A stretch of DNA of 64,000 nucleotides from an uncultured Clostridia bacterium (GCA_944386115.1 CALWZV010000001.1:6240-70239), one strand, 5' to 3'. Shown: positions 31,285 through 44,577, numbered from the stretch's first letter. Translations and numbers: made by a program. The notes: generated from the sequence alone by a model not told the origin.

Positions 31285-32970
31285 ATGAAAAAAACTTGGC
31301 AATATTTTGAAGAAGATGAAAGTAAATCAAAAGAATTTAGTAAAAAGTATAGTATATCAGAAAAATTAGCAACAATGCTTATAAATAGAGGTTGTAATAC
31401 AGAAGAAAAAATAGAAAAATTTCTTAACCCAACAAGAAAAGATTTTTATGATCCATATCTTCTAAAAGACATGGAAAAAGCAGTAGAAAGAATTATTAAG
31501 GCAATAAAAAATAAAGAAAAGACTATAATATATGGGGATTATGATGCAGATGGAATAACAAGTATAACAGTATTAAAAAAATTTTTAAATCAAAGAGGAT
31601 TAAATGTTGATTATCATATACCAAATAGATTAGAAGAAGGATATGGACTAAATAAACAAGCAATAGAAAAGATTGCTCAAGATGGTTATACTCTAATGAT
31701 TACAGTTGATTGTGGAATATCTGGAATAAATGATGTAGATTATGCAAATAGTTTGAAAATAGAAACAATAATAACAGATCACCATGAAACTTTGCCAGAA
31801 CTGCCAAATGCAGTTGCAGTTGTAAATCCTAAAAGAAAGGATAGTAATTATCCTTTTAGGGGATTAGCAGGTGTTGGTGTGGTCTTTAAATTAATACAAG
31901 CAATAAGTATAAAGTTAGAACTGGACGAAAAAGAATATTTAAAATTTTTGGACTTAGTTTGTATTGGAACAATATCTGATATAGTACCACTTATAGATGA
32001 AAATAGAGTAATAAGCAAGCTTGGATTATTACTTGTTGAAAGAACAAAAAATATTGGATTAAGAGAATTAATAAAAGCGTCTGGTTTTACCAAAATAGAT
32101 TCAAATACTATTTCATTTGGAATAGCACCAAGAATAAATGCATGTGGTAGAATGGGAGTGCAGGAAGAAGCCTTAAGATTATTTATAACAGAAGATTTAA
32201 ATGAAGCAAGTAAGATTACCAAAAAGTTAAATGAATTTAATAAGTTAAGGCAAGACACTGAAAAAGAGATATTAAAAGAAGCATTAGATAAACTAAAAGA
32301 TGAAGAAGATAATAATTGTATAATATTAGCAGGAGAACATTGGCACCATGGTGTAATAGGAATTGTAGCTTCAAAAATAACAGAAACATATTATAAACCA
32401 AGTTTACTATTATGTTTAGAAGGAGATTTGGCAAAAGGTTCAGGAAGAAGTATAAAAGGATTTGATTTGCACGAAGCTTTATATAATTGCAATGAATGTT
32501 TAGAAAAATATGGGGGACATGCAATGGCGGTTGGGCTTTCACTAAAAAGAAGCAAATTTGAAGAATTTAAGAATAAAATGGAAGATTATGCAAAGAAATT
32601 TAATATTAAAGATATTCCATGTATAATATATATAGATGAAGAAATAACATATAAAGATTTGAATAAAGAGTTTATAAATGAAATTAAATTACTTGAGCCA
32701 TATGGTGAAGCAAATAAAATACCTATTTTTATATATAAAAACTTAAAAATAGACTCAATAAGAACTCTAACTGATGGAAAACATTTAAAACTAACTTTGA
32801 AAGATGAGAATAAAATAATAAATGCAATTGGATTTAATATGGGAATTCTAGCCGAAAATTACCTAATTGGAGATAAGATTGATATAATAGGAATGTTAGA
32901 AGAAAACGAATATAATGGAAATTATAATATACAAATAAATTTAGTAGATATTAGAAAATCGTATACATAG
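31285..32970 (+). CDS. recJ: Single-stranded-DNA-specific exonuclease RecJ
   Basis: DHH motifs IIYGDYDADGITS, ITVDCG, ITDHH, and DHHA1 GGHAMAVG. Confidence 0.95.
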   Translation: MKKTWQYFEEDESKSKEFSKKYSISEKLATMLINRGCNTEEKIEKFLNPTRKDFYDPYLLKDMEKAVERIIKAIKNKEKTIIYGDYDADGITSITVLKKFLNQRGLNVDYHIPNRLEEGYGLNKQAIEKIAQDGYTLMITVDCGISGINDVDYANSLKIETIITDHHETLPELPNAVAVVNPKRKDSNYPFRGLAGVGVVFKLIQAISIKLELDEKEYLKFLDLVCIGTISDIVPLIDENRVISKLGLLLVERTKNIGLRELIKASGFTKIDSNTISFGIAPRINACGRMGVQEEALRLFITEDLNEASKITKKLNEFNKLRQDTEKEILKEALDKLKDEEDNNCIILAGEHWHHGVIGIVASKITETYYKPSLLLCLEGDLAKGSGRSIKGFDLHEALYNCNECLEKYGGHAMAVGLSLKRSKFEEFKNKMEDYAKKFNIKDIPCIIYIDEEITYKDLNKEFINEIKLLEPYGEANKIPIFIYKNLKIDSIRTLTDGKHLKLTLKDENKIINAIGFNMGILAENYLIGDKIDIIGMLEENEYNGNYNIQINLVDIRKSYT

Positions 32971-32993
32971 ATTAAATATGAGGTGGAAAGCAT

Positions 32994-35177
32994 ATGCAAG
33001 AAAAGGTTACAATAGAAAATATAATAGATAAATTAAAAAAACACAGTAAAAAAGTTAATACTCAACTTATACTTAAAGCATATAATTTTGCATTAGTTAG
33101 CCACAAAGGACAATTAAGAAAATCTGGTGAACCATATATAATACATCCATTAAATGTGGCATATATATTATCTGGCCTTGGACTAGATGAAGAAACAATA
33201 TGTGCAGCATTATTACATGATGTTGTTGAGGACACAGATGTAGAAAGAGTGGAACTTGCAAAAGAATTTGGAGAATCTATTGCTCTTATGGTAGATGGTG
33301 TAACTAAATTAGGGCAAATTCAATATACAACTGTGGAAGAACAGCAAATTGAAAATTATAGAAAAATGTTTTTAGCAATGGCAAAAGATATAAGAGTTGT
33401 TTTAATAAAACTAGCTGATAGACTACATAATATGAGAACTTTAAATTTCCTTTCAAAAGAAAGACAGATTGCCAATGCTCAAGAAACAATGGATTTATAT
33501 GCACCACTTGCAAACAGACTTGGAATATATTCAATAAAATGGGAATTAGAAGATTTATCTTTTAGATATTTAAATCCACAGGAATACTTTGAATTAGTAG
33601 ATGGAATTAGTAAAAAAAGAGACGAGCGAACAGAGTTTATAGATAAAATAATGCAGCAGATAAAGCAAGAATTGAAAAAAGAAAAAATAGAAGCAGAGAT
33701 AACAGGAAGGGCTAAACATTTATATAGTATATATAGAAAAATGCAAAGAGATAATAAAACACTTGATCAAATATATGATTTATTTGCACTTAGAATAATA
33801 GTAAATTCGGTTAAAGACTGCTATGGAGCGTTAGGTGTTGTTCATGAACTATATAATCCTATGCCTGGAAGATTTAAAGACTATATAGCTGTACCAAAAC
33901 CTAATATGTACCAATCAATACATACAACATTACTAGGACCGAAAGGAACGCCATTTGAGGTACAAATTCGTACATGGGATATGCATAGAGTAGCAGAATT
34001 TGGTATAGCAGCACATTGGGCTTATAAAGAAGGTAATAAAGATAAAAAAACAAGCATAACTGTAACAGATGATAAATTAGCATGGATTAGAGAAACATTA
34101 GAATGGCAAAAAGACACTTTAGACCCAAATGAATTCATGAAAACATTAAAAACCGAACTTTTTGAAGATGAAGTTTATGTATTTACTCCAAAAGGAGATA
34201 TAAAAGTATTACCTGTTGGAAGTACACCAATAGATTTTGCATATAATATACATGCAGAAATCGGGCACAAAATGACTGGTTGCAAAATAAATAGCAAAAT
34301 GATGCCAATAATTACAAAGTTAGAAAATGGAGATATAGTTGAAATTATAACATCTGAAACATCAAAAGGTCCAAGTAGAGATTGGCTTAAATTTGTGAAA
34401 AGCACATCTGCTAGAACTAAAATACAACAATGGTTTAAGAAAGCAGAAAAAGAGCAGAATATAGAAAAAGGAAAAAATTCATTAGAAAAAGAAATAAAAA
34501 AAATAGGAATGAAAACTCAAGATTTATTAAAACCAGAATGGATTACAATAGTATTAAACAGATATAATTATAATTCAATAGAAGATATGTATGCAAGTAT
34601 TGGTTTTGGAGCAATAGCAGTAGGAAAAATTATTTCAAGGTTTTTAGAAGAATATAAAAAAGAGCATAAGGAAGAAAATATAGAAGATAAAATTAAAAAA
34701 CTATCAGAAAATAAAAGCAATGTTAAAAAGTCAAGTACTGGAATAATTGTAAAAGGAATTGATAATTGTCTTGTAAAATTGTCAAAATGTTGTAATCCGT
34801 TACCAGGTGATGAGATAATAGGCTATGTTACAAGAGGTAGAGGTGTAACTGTACATAGAACTGATTGCAAAAATATAAATGATTTATTAGAAGATCAAAA
34901 CAGGATAATAGATGTCGAATGGTATAATGAAGCTAAAGCTTCATATAGTGTTGATATTGAAATTTATGCAAATGATAGAAGTGGACTTTTAGCAGATATT
35001 ATAGAGAAAATTGGTTTAACAAAGGCAAAACTTATGGCTGTTAATTCAAAAGCTAATAAAGATAAAATTGCATTAACGGAAATAACAGTTGAAGTGGAAA
35101 ATACGGAAGAATTAAATAATGTTATAAAAAATGTTAGAAAAGTAGATAGTGTTTATGAAGTAAAAAGAAGAAAGTAG
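32994..35177 (+). CDS. relA: Bifunctional (p)ppGpp synthetase/hydrolase (RSH)
   Basis: HD domain (HPLNVA...LLHDVVEDT), synthetase domain (RAKHLYSIYRKM...DLFALRIIV), TGS and ACT domains. Confidence 0.96.
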   Translation: MQEKVTIENIIDKLKKHSKKVNTQLILKAYNFALVSHKGQLRKSGEPYIIHPLNVAYILSGLGLDEETICAALLHDVVEDTDVERVELAKEFGESIALMVDGVTKLGQIQYTTVEEQQIENYRKMFLAMAKDIRVVLIKLADRLHNMRTLNFLSKERQIANAQETMDLYAPLANRLGIYSIKWELEDLSFRYLNPQEYFELVDGISKKRDERTEFIDKIMQQIKQELKKEKIEAEITGRAKHLYSIYRKMQRDNKTLDQIYDLFALRIIVNSVKDCYGALGVVHELYNPMPGRFKDYIAVPKPNMYQSIHTTLLGPKGTPFEVQIRTWDMHRVAEFGIAAHWAYKEGNKDKKTSITVTDDKLAWIRETLEWQKDTLDPNEFMKTLKTELFEDEVYVFTPKGDIKVLPVGSTPIDFAYNIHAEIGHKMTGCKINSKMMPIITKLENGDIVEIITSETSKGPSRDWLKFVKSTSARTKIQQWFKKAEKEQNIEKGKNSLEKEIKKIGMKTQDLLKPEWITIVLNRYNYNSIEDMYASIGFGAIAVGKIISRFLEEYKKEHKEENIEDKIKKLSENKSNVKKSSTGIIVKGIDNCLVKLSKCCNPLPGDEIIGYVTRGRGVTVHRTDCKNINDLLEDQNRIIDVEWYNEAKASYSVDIEIYANDRSGLLADIIEKIGLTKAKLMAVNSKANKDKIALTEITVEVENTEELNNVIKNVRKVDSVYEVKRRK

Positions 35178-35179
35178 AG

Positions 35180-35840
35180 ATGAAAGTTAAAATGATACTA
35201 AAGAGAATAAAAGTATATTCAAATTTGCCAGAACCAACAAATTGCTATATAGTAGCAGATGAAACAACCAGAGAAGCTATGGTTATAGATCCTGGTGGAG
35301 AAGCTGAAAAAATTATAGAAATGATGAAAATATTAAATGTAAATTTAAAATATATAGTTTTAACACATTGTCATGGTGACCATATAGGTGCAGTAACAGA
35401 TGTTCAAAAAAACTTAGGTGGAAAAATATTAATACATGTTATAGAAGCAGAAGGATTAAATAATAAAGATATAAGTCTAACAGGCTATATAGGAATGCCA
35501 GAAATAAAATTGGAACCAGATTCTAGAGTGAATGATGAAGATTTGATACATATAGGAAATATAGAATTTAGAATAATTCATACACCAGGACATACCAAAG
35601 GTGGTATTTGCTTATATTCTAAAGAATATAAAATGATTTTTACTGGTGATACTTTATTTAGAGGAACGTGGGGAAGAACAGACTTGCCAACAGGCAATTT
35701 TGAAGATATAATAAGATCTATAACTAATAAAATAATGATATTACCAGAGAATACAATAATATACCCTGGACACCGGAAAGCCAAGCATAATAAGTGAAGA
35801 AGAGAAAATATATTTTGATTTGAAACCTAAAACATATTAA
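35180..35840 (+). CDS. MBL-fold metallo-hydrolase. Needs a 1-nt frame advance at CGG 35774-35776.
   Basis: THCHGDHIG (HxHxDH), HTPGHT, then ...NTIIYPGH | CGG | (G)KPSIISEEEKIYFDLKPKTY*. This restores the conserved PGHG and the normal C-terminal tail; the zero frame stops at 35797. Confidence 0.85.
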
Positions 35841-35856
35841 ATGGAAGGATGATAAT

Positions 35857-37101
35857 ATGATTCAATTACCAAAAGGCACAAAAGATATTTTACCTGATGA
35901 GATGTATAAGTGGAAATATTTTTACAGAAAAATAGAGGAGATTTGTAGATCATATAGAATAGAAGAAATTAAAACTCCTGTTTTCGAGTACACTGAATTA
36001 TTTCAAAGAGGTGTAGGAGAAACAACAGATGTTGTACAAAAGGAAATGTATACATTTGATGATAAAGGAGGAAGAAGTATAACACTAAGACCTGAAGGAA
36101 CCGCTGGTGTTGCAAGGAGTTACATAGAAAATGGAATGGGAAGTAAGCCTGGGCCTATTAAGTTATATTATGCAATGCAAATGTATAGATATGAAAATGT
36201 ACAAAAGGGGAGATATAGAGAATTTAATCAACTTGGAATAGAATATTTAAATACACAAGCACCATCAGCAGATGTTGAAATAATTAATGTTGCTACAAAA
36301 ATATTAGATAGTTTAAAAATAACAGATGTGATTGTTGAAATAAATAGCATAGGTTGTCCGGTATGTAGAAAAAAATATCAGGAAATATTAAAAAGCTTTT
36401 TTAAGAATAATTTAGAAAACTATTGTGAAACATGTCAAAACAGATTTGAAAAAAATCCTATGAGAATATTAGATTGTAAAGAAGAAAAATGTAAAAAGCT
36501 TAATGAAACTGCTCCTAGTATTTTAGATTATCTTTGCGAAGAATGTAGAGAACATTTTGAAAAAGTAAAAAGTGGATTAAATGAACTCAACATAAAATAT
36601 GTAATAAATCCAAAAATAGTAAGAGGATTAGACTATTATACTAAAACTGTATTTGAAATAATTTCGAAAAAAGATGGGTTTGCGGTATTAGCAGGTGGAA
36701 GATATGATGGTTTAATAGAAGAAATAGGAGGAGCAAAAACTGCTTGTATAGGATTTGCAGCAGGGATAGAAAGAATATTAAGCTTAATTGATGAAGAAAA
36801 CTTAAATATAGAGGAGAATATTCCTGAATTATATATTGCAACAATTGGAGAGGAAGCGGAAAATATAGCTACAAAAATTGTAAGTTCTTTAAGAGAGAAA
36901 AATATAATTTGTGAAAAAGATATATCAGGAAGAAGTCTTAAAGCGCAATTTAAGTATGCAGATAAAATAAAAGCAAAATATTGTATAACTATAGGAGAAG
37001 AAGAAATAAGAAACAAAGTAGCAAAAATAAAATTAATGAGTACAGGAGAAGAAGAAACTGTAGGTTTAAGTGTAGAAGATATAATTTCTAAATTAAGTTA
37101 A
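35857..37101 (+). CDS. hisS: Histidine--tRNA ligase
   Basis: Class II motifs: TLRPEGTAGVAR, YRYENVQKGRYREFNQ, GGRYDGL, GFAAGIERI. Confidence 0.96.
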   Translation: MIQLPKGTKDILPDEMYKWKYFYRKIEEICRSYRIEEIKTPVFEYTELFQRGVGETTDVVQKEMYTFDDKGGRSITLRPEGTAGVARSYIENGMGSKPGPIKLYYAMQMYRYENVQKGRYREFNQLGIEYLNTQAPSADVEIINVATKILDSLKITDVIVEINSIGCPVCRKKYQEILKSFFKNNLENYCETCQNRFEKNPMRILDCKEEKCKKLNETAPSILDYLCEECREHFEKVKSGLNELNIKYVINPKIVRGLDYYTKTVFEIISKKDGFAVLAGGRYDGLIEEIGGAKTACIGFAAGIERILSLIDEENLNIEENIPELYIATIGEEAENIATKIVSSLREKNIICEKDISGRSLKAQFKYADKIKAKYCITIGEEEIRNKVAKIKLMSTGEEETVGLSVEDIISKLS

Positions 37102-37177
37102 ATTAGCAAATGCACATAATTTATAATCTATTAACATATAGTAGTATAAAGTATTTATACAAATGAAAGGATAGATT

Positions 37178-38281
37178 ATGTTCAATGTTGCAATCATAAA
37201 TATAAAAGACATATTAAAATATCTAGTAAAAATAATAATTATATTATTAATTATATTTACAATTACTAGATATTTTAATTTTGAAAAAAAAGATTCAAAA
37301 ATTAATATAAGCAAATTAAATAAAAATGCATTAACATATTGTCTTGATGTTACAATACCAGATATTATAAATGAAAAAGATAATAATAAAAACGAAATAT
37401 TACAGGAAATTTTAGGTATAGAACTTAGTATGGCAGAAAATATTATGGAAAGAACAGATTTGAATATAAATGTAGAAGAATTGACAATAGATGATAAAGA
37501 TGAGCTTGTAGAAGAAATAATTCAAGAAAATATTGAAACAGAAATAGTGCAAGAAAATAATATAGAAACACGTTTTACAAATAATTATGGAACAGTTGAA
37601 ATAAGAAATGAATCTGATTATGAGCTAACAGAAGAAATGTTAATACCTAATTTTGAATTAACAGATAAAAACAATGTAATAATTTTTCAAACACATACAT
37701 GTGAGAGCTATACACCAACTGAAAATTTCAATTATGTAGCTAGTGGAAATTATAGAACAACTGATTTAAACTGTAGTGTAGCAAGGGTTGGGGTAGAACT
37801 TGGGAATTATCTCAAAAACTATGGATTTAATGTAATAAATGATCAAACTTATCATGATTTCCCGGCATACTCTGGTTCATATAATAGGTCTCTTACAACA
37901 GTAGAAAATATCTTAGTGAATAACAAAGCGGAAATGATATTTGATATACATAGAGATGCAATAGGAGACAATCAATATGCTCCGAAAGTGAAAATAGGAG
38001 AAGAATATGCTGCACAATTAACTTTTGTAATTGGAACAGATGGTGGTGGACTAGAGCACCAAAATTGGATTAATAATTTAAAATTTGCAATAAAAGTTCA
38101 AGAAAAAGCAAATGAATTATATCCAGGATTATTCAGACCAATAATACTAAGAAACTCAAGATACAACCAGCATTTATCAAATGCTGCAAGCATAATAGAA
38201 GTAGGTGCAACAGGAAACACAACTGAAGAAGCTATAATAAGTATGAAATATTTAGCAAAAGTAATAAGTGAAATAAGTTAA
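37178..38281 (+). CDS. spoIIP: Stage II sporulation protein P
   Basis: N-terminal TM, IFQTHTCESYTP, IFDIHRDA, FVIGTDGG, RYNQHLS. Confidence 0.88.
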   Translation: MFNVAIINIKDILKYLVKIIIILLIIFTITRYFNFEKKDSKINISKLNKNALTYCLDVTIPDIINEKDNNKNEILQEILGIELSMAENIMERTDLNINVEELTIDDKDELVEEIIQENIETEIVQENNIETRFTNNYGTVEIRNESDYELTEEMLIPNFELTDKNNVIIFQTHTCESYTPTENFNYVASGNYRTTDLNCSVARVGVELGNYLKNYGFNVINDQTYHDFPAYSGSYNRSLTTVENILVNNKAEMIFDIHRDAIGDNQYAPKVKIGEEYAAQLTFVIGTDGGGLEHQNWINNLKFAIKVQEKANELYPGLFRPIILRNSRYNQHLSNAASIIEVGATGNTTEEAIISMKYLAKVISEIS

Positions 38282-38341
38282 AAAGCAAAATATTGTAATA
38301 GAGTTGTAAATATAAGGGAAATATGGTATTATTAGTATATT

Positions 38342-38359
38342 ATTGCCAAGATTGGCAAT
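38342..38359. promoter_or_regulatory. Perfect 8-bp inverted repeat (ATTGCCAA-GA-TTGGCAAT), possible operator
   Basis: Read directly from the sequence. It lies about 20 nt upstream of the RBS of the zinc-ribbon ORF. Confidence 0.35.
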
Positions 38360-38378
38360 TAGAAGGAGGGCTACTAAT

Positions 38379-38588
38379 ATGAAGAAGGAGCTTGTGTGTC
38401 CAAGGTGCTCGAAAGTCATTGCTAATGTTGGAAAAGAAGGAGCGATTTACAGTGAAGCGGGTGGACATAGGATTAACATCTATACTCATTGCCGGGTAGA
38501 ATGTCCATACTGCGGCGCAACATTGCTCGCAAAAGGCGATTGGCATGGTAATTTCTACTTTCAGGAGGAAGGGCATGTAACTCCGTAA
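38379..38588 (+). CDS. Small zinc-ribbon protein (69 aa) in a GC-richer cassette
   Basis: GAAGGAGGG RBS 8 nt before the ATG. Sequence: MKKELVCPRC...(33 aa)...CPYCGATLL. Local GC is about 45% by eye against about 28% in the flanks. It contains an in-frame CGG (38493-38495) that must be read as Arg to keep the ORF open. Confidence 0.6.
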   Translation: MKKELVCPRCSKVIANVGKEGAIYSEAGGHRINIYTHCRVECPYCGATLLAKGDWHGNFYFQEEGHVTP

Positions 38589-38597
38589 TTCCTCCAA

Positions 38598-38628
38598 AAA
38601 GAGTCTGGCTCATTGAACCAGACTCTTT
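38598..38628. terminator. Bidirectional hairpin terminator
   Basis: agagtctgg-ctcattgaa-ccagactct flanked by AAAAA and TTT. Confidence 0.75.
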
Positions 38629-38639
38629 ATTGATAAATT

Positions 38640-39317
38640 TTATCTACCAGGTATTAAACTAATAATTCTTCCAGCAAAATCATTAAAATTAAGAGTTTGC
38701 AAAACAACTTTTCCAGGACCAGTTAATCTTGTTAAAAACAAACCTTCTCCACCAAAGAATATGTTTCCTAAGCCTTTTACAGTTTCTACTTCATAGGATA
38801 TTGTTGTTTCAAAAGCAACAACATTTCCAGTGTCTACCTGTATTACTTGGCCAGCAGCTAATTCTAATTCTTTTTTGTCACCATCTATTTCTAGAAATGT
38901 TGTTCCATTTCCAGATAATTTTTCTAATATAAAACCTTCTCCACCAAAAAGACCAGCTGAAAATCTTTTGGTAAGAGTAATTTGACAATCAATAGAATTT
39001 TCAGCACATAAAAATGCACCTTTTTGAATAATAATACCAGGTGAGTTGGTTAAATCAATTGGTAATACAGAGCCTGGGACCCTTGAAGAAAAGGCTATTT
39101 TTTCATTATCTGCTTCTGATGTGTATGTATTCATGAAAAGTGATTCACCAGCAAGCATTCTACCTAATCCTTTTGCAAGGCCTCCTCTTGTATTTGTTTC
39201 CATCTTGATATTTGGCGTTTTCCAGCTCATTGAACCACTTTGTGTGTAAATAGATTCTCCTTTATTTAAAGTGAATTCTACAGCTGGAACTGTTTCACCC
39301 ATAATTTGATAATTCAT
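38640..39317 (-). CDS. TIGR00266/AIM24 (DUF124) family protein
   Basis: MNYQIMGETVPAVEFTLNKGESIYTQSGSMSW...GESLFMNTYT...GEGFILEKLSGNG is typical of the family. Confidence 0.8.
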   Translation of the reverse strand: MNYQIMGETVPAVEFTLNKGESIYTQSGSMSWKTPNIKMETNTRGGLAKGLGRMLAGESLFMNTYTSEADNEKIAFSSRVPGSVLPIDLTNSPGIIIQKGAFLCAENSIDCQITLTKRFSAGLFGGEGFILEKLSGNGTTFLEIDGDKKELELAAGQVIQVDTGNVVAFETTISYEVETVKGLGNIFFGGEGLFLTRLTGPGKVVLQTLNFNDFAGRIISLIPGR

Positions 39318-39613
39318 TATATTTCCCCCTTTACTTTTAATATAAATTTATTATAACATAATGCAACATTATAATACAATAAAACGACATTAATTGACAA
39401 AGAAAGTGAATCTGCCTATTATAACAAAATTGCTTTACGAGTGCTGTAGGTACTAATGAGATTTAACATTGTTACTTCAGAAATCCCCTATACAATAAAA
39501 ATTCTACCTGATAAAAATTAAAATAATAATTGTAAGAAAGCATATAATATGTTAAAATACTTGTAGTGTTTTAAATTTGAAATATTGAATTTAACTATTT
39601 TTAGGAGGAAAAT

Positions 39614-40965
39614 TTGAGGAAAACTATAAACTTTTTTTTAAAAACAATATTTATAATAATTTTAATAATACTTATAATTAAGTTTTATGAAATGATAAAA
39701 ACTAATTATTTTAATGAAATGTATAAAGCAGAATATTATATGGGAACCTCCGAATTTAGTAGAGACAAAGAAGTAAGATATTCGGATATGAATAGTTATA
39801 AGATTGAATCAAATGAATTCAATGATGCTATGTATTGCTTTAATATTGATGTGAATAAAAATACATTTTATAAAATTACATGTATGATAAAAACAGAAGA
39901 TGTAATAAATGAAAATGGCATTTCAAATGGTGGAGCTCACATTTGTATTGCAGACACAGTAGAAAAATCTAAAAGCCTAGTAGGAACTAATGATTGGCAA
40001 AAAATAGAATTTTTATTTGATTCAAAAAATAGAGAAAATGTAACAGTTGGATTTAGGCTTGGTGGATATGATGACAATTCATCTGGAAAGGTATGGTTTT
40101 CTGATTTTAAGTTAGAAATGGGAGGAAGAATAGAAGACAATAAATGGAAATTTGCTTGCTTTATTTTTGAGAATATAGATGTTGATTTAGGTGAAGAACA
40201 TATAAATATACAAATGAATGATAATGAAGTTAGAAATGTCTCTCAAAATATGAGTAGATTTAAAACATCATGTGAAGAGTTATCTCGGAAACAATATGCA
40301 AGTTGAATATGAGATTATAAATATAGAAGAGCCAATAAGAAGTTTATCACATGATGAAGCAAATGGATTTTATATAAATGCGGAAAATATATCAGGATTA
40401 ATAGATGAATATATAAATCAGAACGAATATGATCATATATTTGCAGTTGTAAAACTAGGTGACTCATCACAAAATGTAGAGATACCAGTAAATGATTGGA
40501 TAGGACTTGGAGGAATGGATTATTTGGGAATAGGTTTATCAAATATAAGAATTCCAAGTGACGAAACAAGCTATATATATGAGTATAATAGTAGGATAAA
40601 TACATTTCCAGAAGAAGTATATATACATGAATTTTTACATTCCTTGGAAAGAAATTCTAAAGAATATGGATATAGTATACCAGAATTACATGATAATGAA
40701 AAATACGGTTACGAAAATGAAAGGTTAATAGGTTTAAAAAATTGGTACTCAGACTATATGCAATGTAAAATATTGAATGAAAATAATGAGTATATCGGAT
40801 TAGATAAAATAGTATATACACTAAAACCACCACATAATAGTAATTTTGAATATACTGTAGAAAAGGATATAGGACTAAATGAAGAAAATATATTAGAAAT
40901 TATTGGGACAGCAATAAAAATATTTAATAAAAATATAAACATAGTTAAGGAGAATGTAGTAAATA

Positions 40966-40979
<14 letters not shown>
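39614..40979 (+). CDS. Membrane-anchored protein with C-terminal HExxH domain. Needs a 1-nt frame advance at CGG 40286-40288.
   Basis: TTG start after AGGAGGA, then an N-terminal TM. ...FKTSCEELS | CGG | (G)[15 protein letters not shown]... joins ORFs 39614..40306 and 40272..40979. HEFLHSLE motif is in the second part. Confidence 0.65.
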
Positions 40980-43124
<2,145 letters not shown>

Positions 43125-43145
43125 AAATGAAAGGTAAGGGGTTTT

Positions 43146-44559
43146 ATGGAATATTTAGGTGAGGAGAGAGAAAATAAAAGTAAAAAAATTGTAATAATAT
43201 TGTTGATTATAGCTGTAATATTAGCAATAATTATATTCATTACAATGATGATTCTTAAAGGAACATTACCCAAAGATTTGAGATTAAATGTTGATAGCAA
43301 ATATGTACAAATACCATCAGAACTTTTTGTTTTTGATAATCAAACACAAGAGATTTATATATCATTAAGAGATATTGCAAGTTTAATAGGCTATGAATAT
43401 TATAATGGTGAGTATAACAAATATACAGAAGATACAAAAAAATGCTATTTACAAAGCGAAAAACAAATAGTTGGTTTTTCATTACGGATCAAACAGAATA
43501 TATAAATTAGAAGCAAATACAACAAATAATAATTTAGAAGAAGAAAATGGAAATACAACAAATTCGAAGAATGAAGCTGAAGAGAATGCTACTGTGCAAG
43601 TGGAAACTGCTACAAAAAATATAGAAAAGTATGCATATTATGATATGGGGTCAAATGTAAAATTTATAAATAATAAACTATACATAACTTCAAATGATAT
43701 ACAAAAAGCATGTAACATAAGTTTTGCATATGATCAAGAAGAACAAATAATAACAATATATACTGTACCATACCTTTCAGAATATTATGCTAGTATTATT
43801 TCAGACTATGGATTCACTGGAATAAGTGATATATATGAAAATCAAAAAATTATCTTGAAAAATATGCTTGTTGTAAAGCGAGGAGATAATTATGGGGTGC
43901 TATCAATAGCAGATGGAACTTTTGAAAATTATATATTAGGAACTAGGTACCAAGAAATTATATATAATGAGATATTAGATGAGTTTATAGTAACAAGTAA
44001 TAATCAAAAAGGAATAATTGGAATTGATGGGGTACAAAAAATTTCAGTTAATTATAATGATATAGAGCTAATAAATGCTGAACAACAAATATATTGTGTA
44101 GAAAAAGATGGATTTAAAGGTGTTGTAGACTCTAATGAAAAAATATTAATAAATATAGAGTATAATGATATTGGAGTAGATGATAAATTATATCCTGTAG
44201 GACATGTGGATAATAGAATGCTATTTTTTAATAATTGTGTTCCAGTAATGAAAGACAATAAATGGGGAATATTAGATATACAAGGAAATGTTATATTACC
44301 TGTTCAATATGATGGTTTGGGATTCATAAATACATTACAAGGGAAATCAGTAAATAATACAATATTAGTTCCAGAAATTGAAGGTGTAGTAATGTGCCAA
44401 AATGGTAAATATGGAATAATAGATAAGCAAGGTGAAATAAGAGTACTCCCACAATTTGATGCAGTTTATTATATAACAACAGGTGGAGAAGATATATATT
44501 ATTTAGAATATAATGGACAAGCAGAGAGGTTAAGCGTAGTTTTATCAAGGGCATCATAG
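43146..44559 (+). CDS. Membrane-anchored WG-repeat protein. Needs a 1-nt frame advance at CGG 43485-43487.
   Basis: N-terminal TM. ...EKQIVGFSL | CGG | (G)SNRIYKLEANTT... joins ORFs 43146..43505 and 43471..44559. KWGILDIQGNVILPVQYD and KYGIIDKQGEIRVLPQFD are WG-type repeats. Confidence 0.65.
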
Positions 44560-44577
44560 AAAAATTAAATGAATAAA

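Noticed and set aside
38340-38597. 85-aa minus-strand ORF overlapping the zinc-ribbon gene.
   Set aside because: It is antisense to an ORF that has a strong RBS, a zinc-ribbon cysteine pattern and a terminator. It has no RBS and no motif of its own.
39321-39613. About 290-nt intergenic region between the AIM24-family gene and the HExxH gene as a riboswitch.
   Set aside because: I could not recognise any known riboswitch core or terminator/antiterminator pair. It is probably just divergent promoters.
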